A program made the translations under genes and the position numbers. Shown in pieces: positions 13,790-29,160 of a stretch of DNA of 64,000 nucleotides; the stretch's first letter is position 1, and every line of letters begins with the position of its first letter. Source of the stretch: the human T2T-CHM13v2.0 reference genome, Homo sapiens; NCBI RefSeq assembly GCF_009914755.1, contig NC_060932.1. One strand, 5' to 3'. Below the pieces are notes generated by a model. That model did no database searches and was not told where the DNA came from. It saw only the letters and a list, made by a program, of their open reading frames with translations.

Positions 13790-14447
13790 TGATCTTATAC
13801 ATGTGATTTGGAGTTCACAACACTTTTTCTCATGGAGTTAAGTCTTTTCACAATAATCCTGTGAAACAAACAATACAATACCATTTCTTTTGTACAGATG
13901 AAGAAACAAATGTTCAAAGAGATTAAGTGATTAACCCCAAAATTACAGTTAGAATGCCCTCATTTTTGTATGTCTACTTTAATCCCCACTCTCATCGTAA
14001 CTATGACATATTTAAAACAGAATTCATCACTGCCCCCAGGCCTTCTCCTTTAGAAGAGAACTGTGGTTTCTGGTGAGAAAGCTAGACTGGAGGTTTAGGA
14101 TGCATCTCACTTGTTTCTAAAATGCAATTCAGATTTGCACAGTAAGGATTAAAGATTTCTGAATTTCCGCTACAGTTTATTTTAACTCTAATATCTAAAA
14201 GTATATTGTCATGTCTTCAAAATTGCATTGTATATGCAAGGCCCAACATTTGCTATAAAAAATCTTCAAGCAGTTTTTATTGAAGTTAGTGACCATAATC
14301 CTTATCTGAGTAACTCTGGGGAGATTTAAAGAACAATCAGTCTTCCAGGATTATAAACAATATTCAAGGGAAATCAGCTATAAATTTATTAAAGTAAAGC
14401 TGTCTTGTTAGATTTGTAGTAAATTTCCAATGAAAGGTCATCACTAG

Positions 14448-14749
14448 AGTCCAGGTGCTGTGACTCACATCTGTAATGCCTGCACTTTGGGAGGCCGAGG
14501 CAGATGGATCACTTGAAGCCAGGAGTTCAACACCAGTCTGGGCAACATGGCGAAACCCTGTCTCTATAAAAAACACAAAAATTAGTCAGGCATGGTGGCA
14601 TGCACCTGTAGTCCCAGCTGCTTGGGAGGCTGGGGTGGGAGATCACTTTAGCTGAGGAGGCAGAAGTTGCAGCGAGCTATGATCACGCTACCCAACTCTA
14701 GCCCGGGTGACAGAGCAAAACCTTGTCTTAACAAAAAAAAAAAAAAAAA
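14448..14749 (+). mobile_element. Alu (J/S)
   Basis: Dimeric Alu; TSD aag(g/a)tcatcac. Confidence 0.92.
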
Positions 14750-16030
14750 GATCATCACGAGAAACTGTGCCCCATTTTCTAAAAAAATACTCCAGACCTG
14801 AGTCAGAATGCACTTCTTACCAGTCTGATCTAAAATCTCCCGAGGGCTGTGGAGAATGGGTGAAAATTAAATTCAACCCAAATATTGATGTGTATTCAGC
14901 ATTGTGGAATCTCTTGTGGAGGAGTCAGTTTCTTCTAGGAAGTAGTGCTTCTAGTTAACAATTACCCTTTTTATTTGTACTGATTTATCAGTTGCTGCCA
15001 GAAGAAGTCCAAATAATGGAAAAATATCAGGGTTGGGTTTGGGCATGAGAGTATTCAGTCTTATACACATCAGGATACACTGGATTTCTGCATTTGTATC
15101 AGTAGTGTTTTTTCAACTCTGCTGTGATTATCTCATGGAAGGAAGGATTGAAGCAAACATGTAGTCAGAGTCCTCTTTGAGCTTATGTAGAACTTGGGGT
15201 AAATCCTACAGTTACTTCTTCATTATCCTTCCTCTTTACTCACTAGAATTTTGAATAGGATAAAATCAGGTTAATAGAATGCTGAGGCCAGCCTCAAGGG
15301 AAGAAAGCTACACATGGTAAGAGGATAGCTGGGAGCTTGGATGCTATTTGGTGAAACGGGCAGATTTGCCTTAGTGCTGGTCATTGGGATGATAGTGGTT
15401 ATAGATAGCCCTCTACACATTTGGAAAGATGTACATTCAACATGTTACTTCATCCTCACAACTGTAGGAGGTGTGAAACAGGTATTTTTATTCCTGTTCC
15501 GAGTGGGGGGATCCTGTTCCGAGGGCAATGGTTTGATTCACAGGGGGAGCTGGGTCTTCTACCTTATTCAGGTCCCTCTTATTATCTGCCCCCGGGAAGG
15601 TAATCACGTCTGCACCTTAACGATCACACTGCTGGGATTAGAGTTTTTGGGCTTTTCCCCTCCACTAGCAGTGATACTTTAAACCAGATATTCTGGGCTT
15701 TAAATTAAACAGAAAAGCTTTTTCCATAAGAAAACATGGAGAAAGGGAAAGAGGAGGGAGTCAGGGAACAGTGGAGAAATAGACAGGATTAAATCTACTT
15801 TCCGGGACACCTTGAGCCAGTCTCATTCACCTCGGTGGTGTTTTTGCAGAGCTCACAGCTCTAGCACGCTGCTTCCGTCTCTGTGTGCCTTAGATTTTTA
15901 GAGCAGCCTCTCTGCCCTGCACTGCGAGAGGGTTGTATTTGTACTGCTGGACTGGTTACCTATGCTAGCTGTGCAAATCTCATAAACCTCTGCAACCTCT
16001 GTTTTCTCATCTATCAAAAGTGGGAATTAA

Positions 16031-16333
16031 AACCAGGTGTAGTGGCTCATGCCTGCAATCCCAGCACTTTGGGAGGCCGAGGCAGGTGGATTACTTGAGC
16101 CCAAGATTTCGAGACCAGCCCTGGCAACATAGCAAGACACTGTCTCTACAGAAATTAAAAAAAAGAAAAAAATAGCAGGACATGCTGGTGCACACCTGTA
16201 GTTCCAGCTACTCCAGTGGCCGAGGAGGGAGGATTGCTTGAGCCTGGGAGGTTGAGGTTTCAGTGAGCTGTGGTCACACCATTGCACTCTAGGCTTGGCG
16301 ACAGAGAAAGACTCTGTCTCCAACAAACAAAAA
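16031..16333 (+). mobile_element. AluJ
   Basis: Dimeric Alu. Confidence 0.92.
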
Positions 16334-17007
16334 CTGGGATTTTTTAAAAACTTGCCTTGTTTATCTCATGGGTTTTTGGTGGAAAAAAAAAGATTAGGTA
16401 GTAAAAAATGACATGAGATAACATATTTGGAAATTCTTTGAAAACTGGAAATCCCAGTACAAATGTAAGGGGTTATTTTAATTAAGAGCACTAGACATTG
16501 TCCTTCCCCTGTGTGACCGTCTCCTACCCAGGGGCTGCACACTTCAGTGCCCAGCACTGTTGGGCTTGTTGGGCTGCATCAGTCATTCTCTGAGCAAATA
16601 TCCGTCAAGGTTTAATCTGTGTAATGATAGGCATTACAGCGCCACGAGGAAGGCATAAGATGAGGTTTTCATCTTTCAGGAGTTTTAACCTCTGAAAAGA
16701 GCAGCAGTGAGTGCTCTGTAGGGCAGGATTTAATCACGTTCTAGGAGGCCAGTGGCCTGTTCACTGGTTTGTGGAAGGCAGGGATGGAGTGGGTGACAGA
16801 GAAAGGCAGAGAGGCCTGGGAGAAAGGACTCTGCAGTCCTGGCCGGCGAAATGTCAGTGGTAAGAAAGTGCAAAGCCTCATGTGTCGGGGAGGGAGAATG
16901 CAGGGGAACAGTCTGATGGGGTAAAGTGCTTTGTCTGGGACGAAGAAAGGTAAGTTTGAGTAGATGCTAACAGGTCACCTTATGGAAGAAGAGTCAGGCT
17001 TGTTCCA

Positions 17008-17579
17008 TGTATTAGTTTTCTTTGTGGCTTACCCTAGTACCCATGTGTTATCTCCCAGCTCCTCAGGTGGGAAGTCTGACATAGCAGGACTAGGTTCTCT
17101 GATTAGGGTCTTAAGAGGCTGAAATCAAGATGTCAGCCATGATGGGCTCTTATCTGGAGGCCCTGGAGAAGAATCCGCTTACAGGTATATTCACATTGTT
17201 GGCCAAATGAATCAGTGGGAGGCCCTGATTCCTTGCTGGGCATCAACCAGGGGCCAATCTTTGTACCTGGAGCCGCCTGCATTCCTTATGCTTTCCGAGT
17301 GGCCCCTCAAGCAATGGCAGATTGAGTCCTTCTCCTGCTTAGAAGTTCTCTCTTACTTCTTCTTCTGCTGTCTCTCTTTGACTCCAGCTGGAGAAAGTTC
17401 TTTGCTTTCGAAGAGCGCCTGTGATTAGATTGGGCCCACAGTTAATCCTGGATAATCTCATTTTAAGGTCCATAGCTGGTAATTAATGTCTGAGGAGCTC
17501 CTTTTCCTGCATAACATAACAGATTTACAAGTTTCAGATTAGGGCGTGGGTATCTTTTAAGGCCATGACAGCTACCATA
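17008..17579 (-). mobile_element. MLT1E-type MaLR LTR
   Basis: tgtattagttttct...ggctgaaatcaagatgtcagc...tgtgattagattgggcccac...ctaccata. Confidence 0.75.
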
Positions 17580-17606
17580 CCCCTGTAGGCTGTCGGGTCA
17601 GTAGTA

Positions 17607-17876
17607 TAGGCCTGCCACCCCTTATCCAATACATCTGGGCCCAGAAGTGTTTCAGATTTCAGCTTTTTTTTCCCAGATTTTTATAAAAGAAATACTGTGC
17701 ATGTACTATGTAATATATAATGCCTCCCAGCAAGGTCTGGGTCAACACTCTGTAAACAAATGCTGTAGTTACTGTAAATAGCCTCGTTAGTTCAAGTTAG
17801 GATCCTCCCTGATAGGAGTTACATATTTTCAGACCTTTTTGGATTTTAAAATTGTTGATAAGGAATGGTGGGCCTT
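17607..17876 (+). mobile_element. MER46C-like Tigger-derived DNA transposon fossil
   Basis: Terminal inverted repeats aggcctgccaccccttatc / gataaggaatggtgggcct; ggcccagaagtgtttcagattt. Confidence 0.75.
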
Positions 17877-19101
17877 CAGTCCATTTTTGAGCTATGGTAA
17901 TATAATGAGAGCAAGTGGTCAGAAGAACTGGATTTTCATTTTGACTTTGTCTCTGCAGGTCTTTTGTTTTCTTAATCTATAAAATGAGAGACTTTTAAAT
18001 TGTTTAGTGATCATAGAGCCCAGGTGCAGGTACTTCCTATGCTGCCCCTGGGACAGACATGACTAATCAATTGCAGCACTCTCTCCTGATGAGCCAGGAC
18101 AGGACCTCATATCCTTGTCAACAGGGCTGCAGGCAGCCACATGGAGTCCTAGGAGTTCACGGTACAGATGGACTCTGTTTGCTGAGGTGACTTCTCAGTA
18201 GTTTCACTCTAGCTCTACACATGCAGATCTTAAAGCAACACTCGATGCCTGTACAACAGAAAGAATGTTTTTTCTTATCACTACTAGCTGTCAAGAAGGG
18301 TTGCCATACCGTTTCAGCGAATAAGCCATACCACGAGGTCTAGACTTTTGTATTTGAGCAGCAGTTAGGCAGGAGTGTGATAGGCAAACACAGTGGTATG
18401 TGGCAAAGTCAACTCAATTTTATTTCTGTAAATAAGGCACAGATGATGTATTCTTTGGTCAAGTGGCATTCCTATCCTGAGCTGGTTTTCACTACAGCCC
18501 TCCCCTTGGAGACTCAAAACATATCTTTTGGTCCACCTGGGTAATAGCTAATCTTCTCACATATAAAAATGTAGAGAGCTGTACCTTCCTGCCATGCAAC
18601 AGTTTCTGTGGTTTTAACCAGAACGCCAAACCACGCAATCTGTAGGTTTGCATTTGGATGTGATTTTATACCAGTGTAACCCAAGTTATATCTTCATTAG
18701 TAAATGGCTTCATTCAAGGAGATCCCTTACAGAAGAATGGAAGACTTGCCCCAGTTCTAAGAGTGAAGAATTTCTGCTTCACCCTGATAGCCATGAGAAG
18801 CAAATCTTGGGAATCTGAGAATTGTTTGATGGCTGCTACAGGCTTTGGAAACCTTAAGGTCCAGTCTCAGAGTATCTTTCTATGCACGCATGACAATCTT
18901 TACAGAAGATTTTCAAAGGATATATTTTTGTTGGTTTAAAATTTTTATTATACCGAATAAATATCCAAAAGTAAGACTGCCTGAACAAGTACCAGATACC
19001 TGGAAACCATAGCACCCAACACAGTAGAAAACCTCTAGTTAGGGAATGGAAGTTTCAGTCCTTACAGGCAGCCCTGATACTTGGGGCAGTATCCTATAAG
19101 G

Positions 19102-19557
19102 CAGGAGCCCCTATCCCTGGGGTACCATTGGTCTGTGATCTGTTAGGAACCAGGCCACATGGCAGGAGGTGAGCAGCAGGCAAGCAAGCCAGCATTACTC
19201 CCTGGGCCCCGCCTCCTGTCAGATCATCAGCAGCATTAGATTCTCATAGGAGCATGAATCCTCTTGTGAACTGCTCATGTGAGGGATCTAGGTTGCATGC
19301 TCCTCATGAGAATCTAATGCCTGACGATCTGTCACTGCCTCCCATTACCCTCAGATGGGACACTCTAGTTGAAGGAAAGCAAGCCACTGATTCTGCATTA
19401 TGAATTATGATGAGTATGTAATAATTATAGAAATAAAGTGCACAATAAATGTAATGCACTTGAATCATCCCGAAGCCATCCCTCTGGCGCCCCCTATCTA
19501 TGGAAAAATTGTCTTCCACAAAATCAGTCGCCGATGCCAAAAAGGTAGGGAACTGGG
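19102..19557 (+). mobile_element. MER1A (hAT-Charlie) fossil
   Basis: ctgttaggaacc...gcattagattctcatagg...ggaaaaattgtcttccac...gccaaaaaggtaggg. Confidence 0.88.
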
Positions 19558-20995
19558 GCAGTAAGGGATCCGTTTCTTCTGTAGATGTTAAATTTAGCAA
19601 CACTGACTCTTTACAAAGGAAGCCGATAAAATGTATAAATAGGAGAAAGCAGCTTGCCCAGTATTGTCTGATGGAAGCAGCAACAATTGCCTCCTGAAAT
19701 CCTTCAATTACAGGATGCCGTTCTCTCACCCCCAACCCACATCCTCTGGCAAGTATGTAGAGCAATAAAAGATATTGTTCTTATCAGGAGGCCAGGCTTC
19801 GTCCTTCGCATTCTTCATATGAAGAGTTGGAGGCAAAAGAGGGCTGTCTGGCTGGATTTTCCAAGCTCAGGAGGAGGCTGAAGTAACATCTAGGTTAGAA
19901 CTGAGTATATGGTTTTTATTCTGCAAAGCTGTTGCCCTCTGTAAAATAGCTGGCTTGTCCTTACTTTTTGGCAGTGGTGATGCAGCCGAGGAACCTCTGA
20001 AGTGATGCTCTGCTTAATACCGAGTCAGTGTTGTGGTTCTCCATGGATCACAGCGAACACGCAGAGTTACTGGGTGCCTACACTGAACTGGAGGTGCTGG
20101 GGAATAGCTGGATTTCTCTGTCCTCCTGCCAGGTTTTGAGACACGCACGTTCAGAGCAGATGCCATTCCCAGGCAAGGATGAATGTAATGGGGAGTTAAT
20201 GGGACTCAGAGAAAAAGACAGTGGCATGCTGTGTGAACCGACTCACCCTACCTAGGGGAGTTTGGGTATGAACTGCGAGTCCCCTGCAGCTGAAGAGACC
20301 CTTAGAGACCCTCTATGTGGATAGCCATCTGAATGCAGTGATGTCCCCCGTCCCCACTCAGAGTTGTTCTGCGTGTGGTTGGGAGAATGGCAGACTCTGC
20401 CAACTGAAAAATAAGCTCCTCTGTGTTTCTCCGCTTATATGTAATTTGCAGGCTTGGAACTCATTAATCAGTACTGACTGTCCTTGCCCCTGAAAGGGAC
20501 CTTGAATAAAACTATATCTGCTCACTTTTAGATTTTATCTCCAGAGAATTCTTCATTATTTTTACAGAAATGGCCTTCAGAGTGGGCCACACTGCAAAAC
20601 AGGAGATAAAAAAATTAGAACCAAACATCTGGGATTCAAAGTATTACACGCACAAAAAAATAAAGCCTTGTAGCTGGCAGATTAAAAAGCCTTGAGCAAA
20701 AGTCTTCCCTGTGACATATTCTTTAACCAGGTGGAGTTACAGATGAGGCCTCTTACCTCTCCACCTCCACCACACAGGCAAACACATGCCACACATTGCA
20801 TGCATACATGCACACACAACACACGTGTGCATGCTTTCCACACTGCCCCAAGGCTCTGACACCTGTTTTTAAGTCAGTCATTTTTCTATAACAACTAATG
20901 ATCACAAAAACACGCCACTAAAGTGTACATTTTAGTTGTAAACTTGACACTGAAACTATGGTGGTTTTCAGTTTTTGTGTGCGTGTGTGTGTGTA

Positions 20996-21262
20996 TTTTT
21001 AGAAACAGGATCTTGCTGTGTCACCCAGGCTGGAGTGCCACGGTGCAATAATGAGTCACTACAGCCTGAAACCCCTGGGCTCAGGTGATCCTCCTTCCTC
21101 AGCCTCCCAAGAAGCTTGGATTACAGATGCATGCTCCCATGCCCAGCTAATTTTTTTATTCCTTGTAGAGACAGGGGTCTCACCATGTTGCCCAGGCTGC
21201 TCTTGAACTTCTGGGCTCAAGTGATCCTCTTGCCCCTGCCTCCCAAAGTGCTGGGATTACAG
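20996..21262 (-). mobile_element. AluJ preceded by a (TG)n microsatellite (about 20976-20994)
   Basis: Reverse Alu. Confidence 0.9.
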
Positions 21263-22439
21263 TTCACTTATATTTTTAAGTGTTATTGTAACTCATAGTG
21301 TTATGTTTCCATGAGTAGAGAGCATTTAAGTAGCAACCTGTAAAATGATTTTAAGATATAATATGAAACTTCCACTTAAATTTTCCGTCTTCTATACCTT
21401 TCTTTCAAACTAAAATTAAGAGCGCTGTCCACTCCGGAACGATCAGTTCTGTAAAACTGGACTTCAGTGGTTTGCCTTTTAAAAGGAGAGATTCAGAAGA
21501 GAGTTACTGAGATCAGAAGACGTCTTTGAAAGAATAGAAAAGAATATGCTGAATTATTTCTAGGATTCTCATTCATCTCAAAGTGTTATTGAATAGCAAC
21601 AAAAGTTTTTGGTTTTCTGTCACTTGCGCTTCAGGTTAAGAGTGAAAAGCAGTATTAGCAAAATAACACTTTAAGGTGATTTAAGCGGAGGTGAGTACCG
21701 AGCTTGGTGAGTAGGCGGGGTTGAGAAGCCTGCATACTACCCCAGAGTAGATACCTCGTTCCTGGGGTTAGCAGAACCAGTGTGGCATTGCCTGGTTCTG
21801 ACTGCAGACAGCCATATTGTGAGTCTCTGGGAGGCAAGGGGGTTCACACCTTAGAACAAGGACTACCATGGTAAATAGAGATCATGTGCTTCCGAAACAC
21901 AAGCTAGAATTTCGAGGATTGAATCGGATAAAGAGACAAAAGGGGAATAATCCTATTCCAAGCTAGGAGTCATTTGCCTTGATGTATATTCCATTCTAGT
22001 ATACATGAAGGAAGCATTTCAATATAATTTTTGTGAGAAATAAAGCATTGGACATACCAGGTAAAAACAGATAAGTAATTAATTGTGCATATCTTATTAA
22101 TTCAAGAGTGGAGCCCTAATCAGAGGGCTACACAACTACCCAAGTAGTTTCTGTGTAACTGTAATAGAATTTCACGGTAGGTAATTTGTAGAATAAAATC
22201 TTATATAAGATAGAATCACAAAATGCTAGCACCTTAAAATTCACTTAAGCTGTTGTGCTTTTTAAAAGCAAACAAATAATCAAAATTTCTAAAATAAAAA
22301 GATTGATAGAAATTAGAAAAGAGAAAAACATATTTCTAGTCTTAAGGGTTTACTCAATTTTGTTACCAACTTCATAATGTACAGCTGCATTGTGGGAGAT
22401 ATTAGCATTGATTCACTTATTGAACTCATTAAAAGTAGT

Positions 22440-22625
22440 ATTCTAGATTCCTGAGTCGGGAGATTTGTTGACCACTTCAAGGTCAGTTGTTCAACCTCTC
22501 TGAGGCTAAGTTTCCCAATCCATAAAATGGACATTAAAGTAGCTACATGCCATTGGGTTAATGTGAGAATCAAATGAAATAATATACATAAAAGTGTTTT
22601 GTAAAGCATTACATATGATATGAAT
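22440..22625 (+). mobile_element. MIR
   Basis: aacctctctgaggctaagtttcccaatccataaaatgg...gtgagaatcaaatgaaataat. Confidence 0.7.
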
Positions 22626-22639
22626 ATAGTTTTCTATTG

Positions 22640-22891
<252 letters not shown>

Positions 22892-23351
22892 TATTATTTT
22901 TCTATTATTATTTGTAGTTAAGTTTTGTGTTCCATTTCATCAGGACTTCCTGTATCAATCATGTTTTTTTAATCATGTTTTTAAGATTCTGAATATTTTC
23001 TCAACAATCCTTTATTATTTTATGCTTACACTTTATATTTCACAATTCCTTTATTTCTCTTGCTTGTCTTTTGCTCCTTCATGGATCCTATTTCAGGCGT
23101 CTCCCTGGATGAGAATGTAAGAGTGGCCTTTGAAACTCCCTCGCATGTGAATGCTTTGCCCAAGCAACCTGCACCAGCTCTGCATCACTGCATTTTTCAA
23201 AGATGTTGCTGCCCAGTTCTGTTGTTTGTGCATTGCTTAGTGGTGTTTTAGGGGATGGTGCAATAGGAGTCAGCTATTGTTCATCGAATATGACTGACGT
23301 TCTGTGCTCTAACGTGCTCATAATAAACTAGGACACCAAAGACAATGTTTT

Positions 23352-23669
23352 TAGTTGTTGTTGCTCTTTATTGTTTTGTTTTGTTTTTGAGACAGAGCGT
23401 TACTCTGTCTCCCAGGCTGGAATGCAGTGGTGAGATCCTGGCTCACTGTAGCCCTGACCTCCCCAGGCTCAGGTGATCCTCCCACCCTCGCCTCCCGAGT
23501 AGCTGGAACTACAGGCGCACACAACCACGCCCAGCCCACTTTTGTATTTTCTGTAAAGACAGGGTTTCACCATGTTGCCCAGGCTGGTCTCAAACTCCTG
23601 GGTGCAAACAATCTTCTGACTGGGCCTCCCAAAGTGCTGGGATTACAGGTCTGAGCCACCGCAGCAGCC
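23352..23669 (-). mobile_element. AluJ
   Basis: Reverse Alu; TSD gacaatgttt. Confidence 0.92.
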
Positions 23670-24209
23670 GACAATGTTTAGTGAAACATGTGCCATAAAA
23701 TCTCACATCATATTGGAGTCTGCTGTACTTTCAAGTCGGGGTATTCAGTAGTCTCTGTGCGTGGATTTTGCTTGGAACAATATTAGAAAAATAAGGAAAA
23801 GATTTTCTCGGGTTTCCATTGTCCTAATTCATGTGTCAGTAAAATCACTCTACAAGGAGTTTGTACCATATTTTTAGCAATAAAATTTACTGTCCCGCTT
23901 TTTGTCTGTTAGTCTACTTGGCCTTAGGAAAATCTCTCCTGTCTCTCTTATTCTTTATAACTTTATTGAAGCAGAGTTCCATTATTCTGCCTCTCCTGTT
24001 ATTTTAGAAGCAAAAAGGTAAATCCCAGTATGCTCAGAAACTTAATATTATAGTCATCATTGGGAAACTGCCTTTTTGTTTAAAATTGCTGAGAAGAGGA
24101 TGATCTGATTATTTCAATGACCTGGTTGGCAAAATGGGTGAGCTATAGACCACTGATTCTCAGAGTATTTGAATTCATTCTATCTTGATTAATAGTGAAA
24201 CTAGATCTC

Positions 24210-24558
<349 letters not shown>

Positions 24559-24672
24559 TCATTTTCATCTTTACCATAAAAATTGAGTCCTGACAATGTT
24601 CTGTTTGTTGGAGCTTTCTGGTTTATTTGGAATTAAAGACACTTGGCATTTGTTTGACTGTACAACCCTACC

Positions 24673-25046
<374 letters not shown>

Positions 25047-25612
25047 TGAACATAATTCTTCTCATTTGACAGACAGACTCTGGGGGAAGCATATTTTGTA
25101 ACCATGTAATACTGATGTTGTCAGCAGCACCTTTTTGTAACCCAGTTGCTTATGTAGATTTGAACTGTCATACTTCTAAGTTTAACGGTAGTTATTATTT
25201 TTCATACTATCTTTTGGCCAATCAGATGGGGTACACCCCCAGATCCATTTGGGATTTTCACTGATTACAGAGGGTTATTCTGACTTGATGTCTGCAGGAA
25301 GTCCACTAGCTTCTGATGTTATTAGCTTTCAGTTTTTCTTTTTTGGAAGCTTTTGCATAAATATTCATGGCAGTTTTTATGTTTAAATAGAGCAGATATG
25401 AGGCAGATAAGATTGCTTTAACTCTGCTCATAGAGCTCCAGCAGCTGTAAGAATTTCTGTAATGTGGCAGATGGATGATGACCGTAGTGGCTGTTATGCG
25501 TAAGAGCATACATATGTTCTCTCTGGGAGACCCTGAGGAAGGAGCAGGCTTCAGACGTGGAGATGACATGCATTTGGGTCCCTGTCCTCCTACCTATTAA
25601 CAGGTCAACTTA

Positions 25613-25912
25613 GGCCAGGTGTGGCGGCTCACACCTATAATCTCAGCACTTTGGGAGGCTGAGGTGGGAGCGTCACTTGAGCTCAGGAGTTTGAAACCAG
25701 CCTGGGCAATATAGTGAGACCTTGTCTCTACTAAAATTAAAAAAAATTTAGCCAGGTGTGGTAGTGCATGCTTGTAGTCCCAGCTACTTTGGGGGACTGA
25801 GGTGGGAGGATCACTTGAGCCCAGGAAGTTGAGGCTGCAGTGAGCCCTGATCATGCCACCGCACTTCAGCCTGGGAACAGAGCGAGACTCTGTCTCAAGA
25901 ACAAAAACACAA
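25613..25912 (+). mobile_element. AluJ
   Basis: Dimeric Alu. Confidence 0.92.
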
Positions 25913-26256
25913 TGACCAATAAAACAGGTTACCTTACCTCTTTGGTAAAGGGATAAGGCCTATTTTGACACCTAATATGAAGGTCAATGATGTATTAGAC
26001 TTCAAAGTGCTTTATAAGCAAAAATTATACAGGTAGGAGGGTCATTTTCTTCCCTTTTTTGGTATAGAGATAACTAAAGAGTATATTTCCTGGGTCATAG
26101 CAGCATATGGAAGCTTCAGAGAGGACATGGTACCCTCTTTGAAAAGCCTCTTCATCCTGCCTCTAGGAGTGCTTCAAAGAGGCAGTGGTATTACTGAGGT
26201 ATACCCTCTGATATTGCCATCATAAGTCATTACTTTTGAGTCCATTAATCATCTAG

Positions 26257-26553
26257 TTTTTTTTTTTTTTTTTGAGACGGAGTCTTGCTCTGTCACCTAG
26301 GCTGGAGTACAGTGGCAGCATCTTGACACACTGCATCCTCTGCCTCCTGGGTTCAAGCAATTCTCTTGCCTCAGCCTCCTGAGTAGCTGGGACTCCAGGT
26401 GCGCATCATCACGCCCGGCTAATTTTTGTATTTTTAGTAGAAATGGGGTTTCACCATGTTGGCCAGGATGGTCTGGATCTCTTGAGCTTGTGATTTGCCC
26501 ACCTCAGACTCCCAAAGTGCTGGGATTACAGGCGTGAGCCACCACACCTGGCC
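26257..26553 (-). mobile_element. AluS
   Basis: PolyT followed by reverse Alu. Confidence 0.92.
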
Positions 26554-26842
26554 TCTAGCTGTTTTTTTTTTTTTTTTTTTTTAATAAAGGAAATAACTTT
26601 TGGATCCCACATTTTCACTCTATTACTTGTGCATATCATGGATTTGTAGAACGTGTAAGTGTATCTAAATGAGCCTGCTTTCTGCAAGTTTTAAGTTTTT
26701 CATGTTATTTTAACCCTTTAGAATAATGGCAAAATCTTGGTTCACCTTGAAAAGTAGAATTTTTATAAATGTGGTTCTTAGTATGTGTGAATAGCTTTAG
26801 AGTTTACAGTATGTTTTAGACACATTGAATAGAAGTGTTTAA

Positions 26843-27188
<346 letters not shown>

Positions 27189-27879
27189 TAATGAGTTTTT
27201 ATGCTAAAATTCTACTCAAGAACAAGCTTGTGAGTTTTGGTATACTAAAGACAAAACCTAAAATTTCAAAGAAAAGGAAAATCATCAATCATCTCCAACT
27301 ACCATGAGTGGATGGTGTTGGCAGCAACCACTGTCACTTTAGTGCCCAGTGACATCACTTCCATGCACACTGTCTGGAGTACGTGTCTGTGCTTCATATT
27401 ATTTTAACATAATTCATAACCGCGTCAGATCTGACACATGCAAAGGCAGTGAGCATGCTGAAAGTACTAGTAAGAAAAGGTATACAATGATGATAGGAAA
27501 AAATGTAAGATAATTTAAAGAAAGCAAGTAGTAAAAATACCTGGTTCATGTGTACATGAGATGAACTGTTCAGTTTAAGGAATAACTGAGGGATGGAGGA
27601 TAACTCACGCATTGTGTTCAAAGCACTGTACCCATACAGATGACAGTAATTGGCGGGATATTGAGGGGAAACTGACAAAATAGACAACACTTTTGAATAC
27701 ATGGATTAGAAGATAACCATCAGATGCCTATTAGCTTAATGCTAATTCAGGAAGCAACTAAGAGTGTGTTTTAAAGCTCAAAGACTAAGGACAGCAAATG
27801 TGCTGCGGACAAAACCTTGGTCCAGAACTCCAGTTTCATAAGTCCAGATCTGTCTGATTCTGCAACAGCTGCTCTGCGT

Positions 27880-28417
27880 CTGTTCTATTTTAGATGTAGA
27901 GCAGCGAAGTATCCTTTTATAATATTAAAATGAGAAAAAAATGAAAGTATGATAAGTAGCAATTGTGAAACCTACAGGATTCATTAGTTTGCCAAGTAAT
28001 AAACATAGCATATTTGAAACATTCTCTGCAATACTTGCGGGAGTATTAAGAAAGAAGGGTTACCTGCCTCCTAATTTTCAAATATAAGAAACATCCTTTT
28101 TGCAAAACGGTGCCCCAAAGATCTTATATCATCAAAGAAAGAGAGAGTGGGCCTGTTTTTAAAGCTCTCCTTCCTGGTGGTGGAAATGCACTCAGAGATT
28201 TTAAAAGTCATCTTGGACTTTTGAGCAGACGCGCTTACATGAAACTTGTGGGAACAGTTCACTCTGTTCCCAAATAGAGGAACTGGTTACTGTTCTAAGT
28301 TTAGACGCAGAGCAGCAAAGTATACTTTTATAATATTAAAATAAGAAAACAATGAGAATATGGTAAATAGCAATTGTGAAACCTACAGGATTCATTAGTT
28401 TGCCAAGGAATAAGCAT
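27880..28417 (+). repeat. Spaced direct repeat of about 127 bp (27880-28006 and 28290-28417)
   Basis: Two aligned copies sharing an identical 40-bp core, tagcaattgtgaaacctacaggattcattagtttgccaag. Confidence 0.92.
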
Positions 28418-28764
28418 TAGATATCTGTTGACCCGCATCTCATTTTCTTATCACTACAATGTCAACATAGTGGAAAAAGCATAAACTCTGGCACAAACCA
28501 GCTGTCTGGTGCTGAGCAAGCTCCACAACTCACCTGAGACTTGGTTTCCTCATCTGAAAATTGCCCATTATGTTGCCCATCCATCACAGATGTTGTGTGG
28601 AGTAAAAATAATACTAAGACACTAACATGGTGCCGGGTCATAATACGTCTTCAGTATGCATTAGTGCTCATTAGCGGAATTAGCATTAATCTCACCACCT
28701 ATGATTAATTATAAAACCTCAGCAGAGAGCTTGAAACATGCCTCCAGCAACTGTTGTGACCAGT

Positions 28765-29160
28765 TTTATCAGTTGATAGGCTAAACTTTTGAAGGAAATA
28801 GTCCCCAAATGCCATGGCCAAAAATACAATAAAAGTTATTTATTTGTCTTCAGACAGTCCAGAATAGGTGTTCTAGTTCAGGAGGGCTCTGCTCCACACA
28901 GTCATTCAGGGACTCAGGCTTTTGTAGTCTAAGTATCTGCTATCTTTGGTAGTAGCACTGCTGCTGTCACCATTCCAGCCCAAAGGAAGGTGGAAGTGGC
29001 CTGCAGGAGTGTGTGAAGGAGGTTTCAAGTGGGCCTGGGGAGAAATGGCAAATGCCTGTTGTCAACTGCATTATGTTAAGACAACCGCTGAGGCATTTGG
29101 GAAATGCGGTATAGTGGGGTAGCCACATGCCAGCCACTTTGAGAAAAGGGGAAGATTGAG
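28765..29160 (-). mobile_element. Old MLT1 (J/K-like) LTR
   Basis: gctctgctccacacagtcattcagggactcaggct core. Confidence 0.6.
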
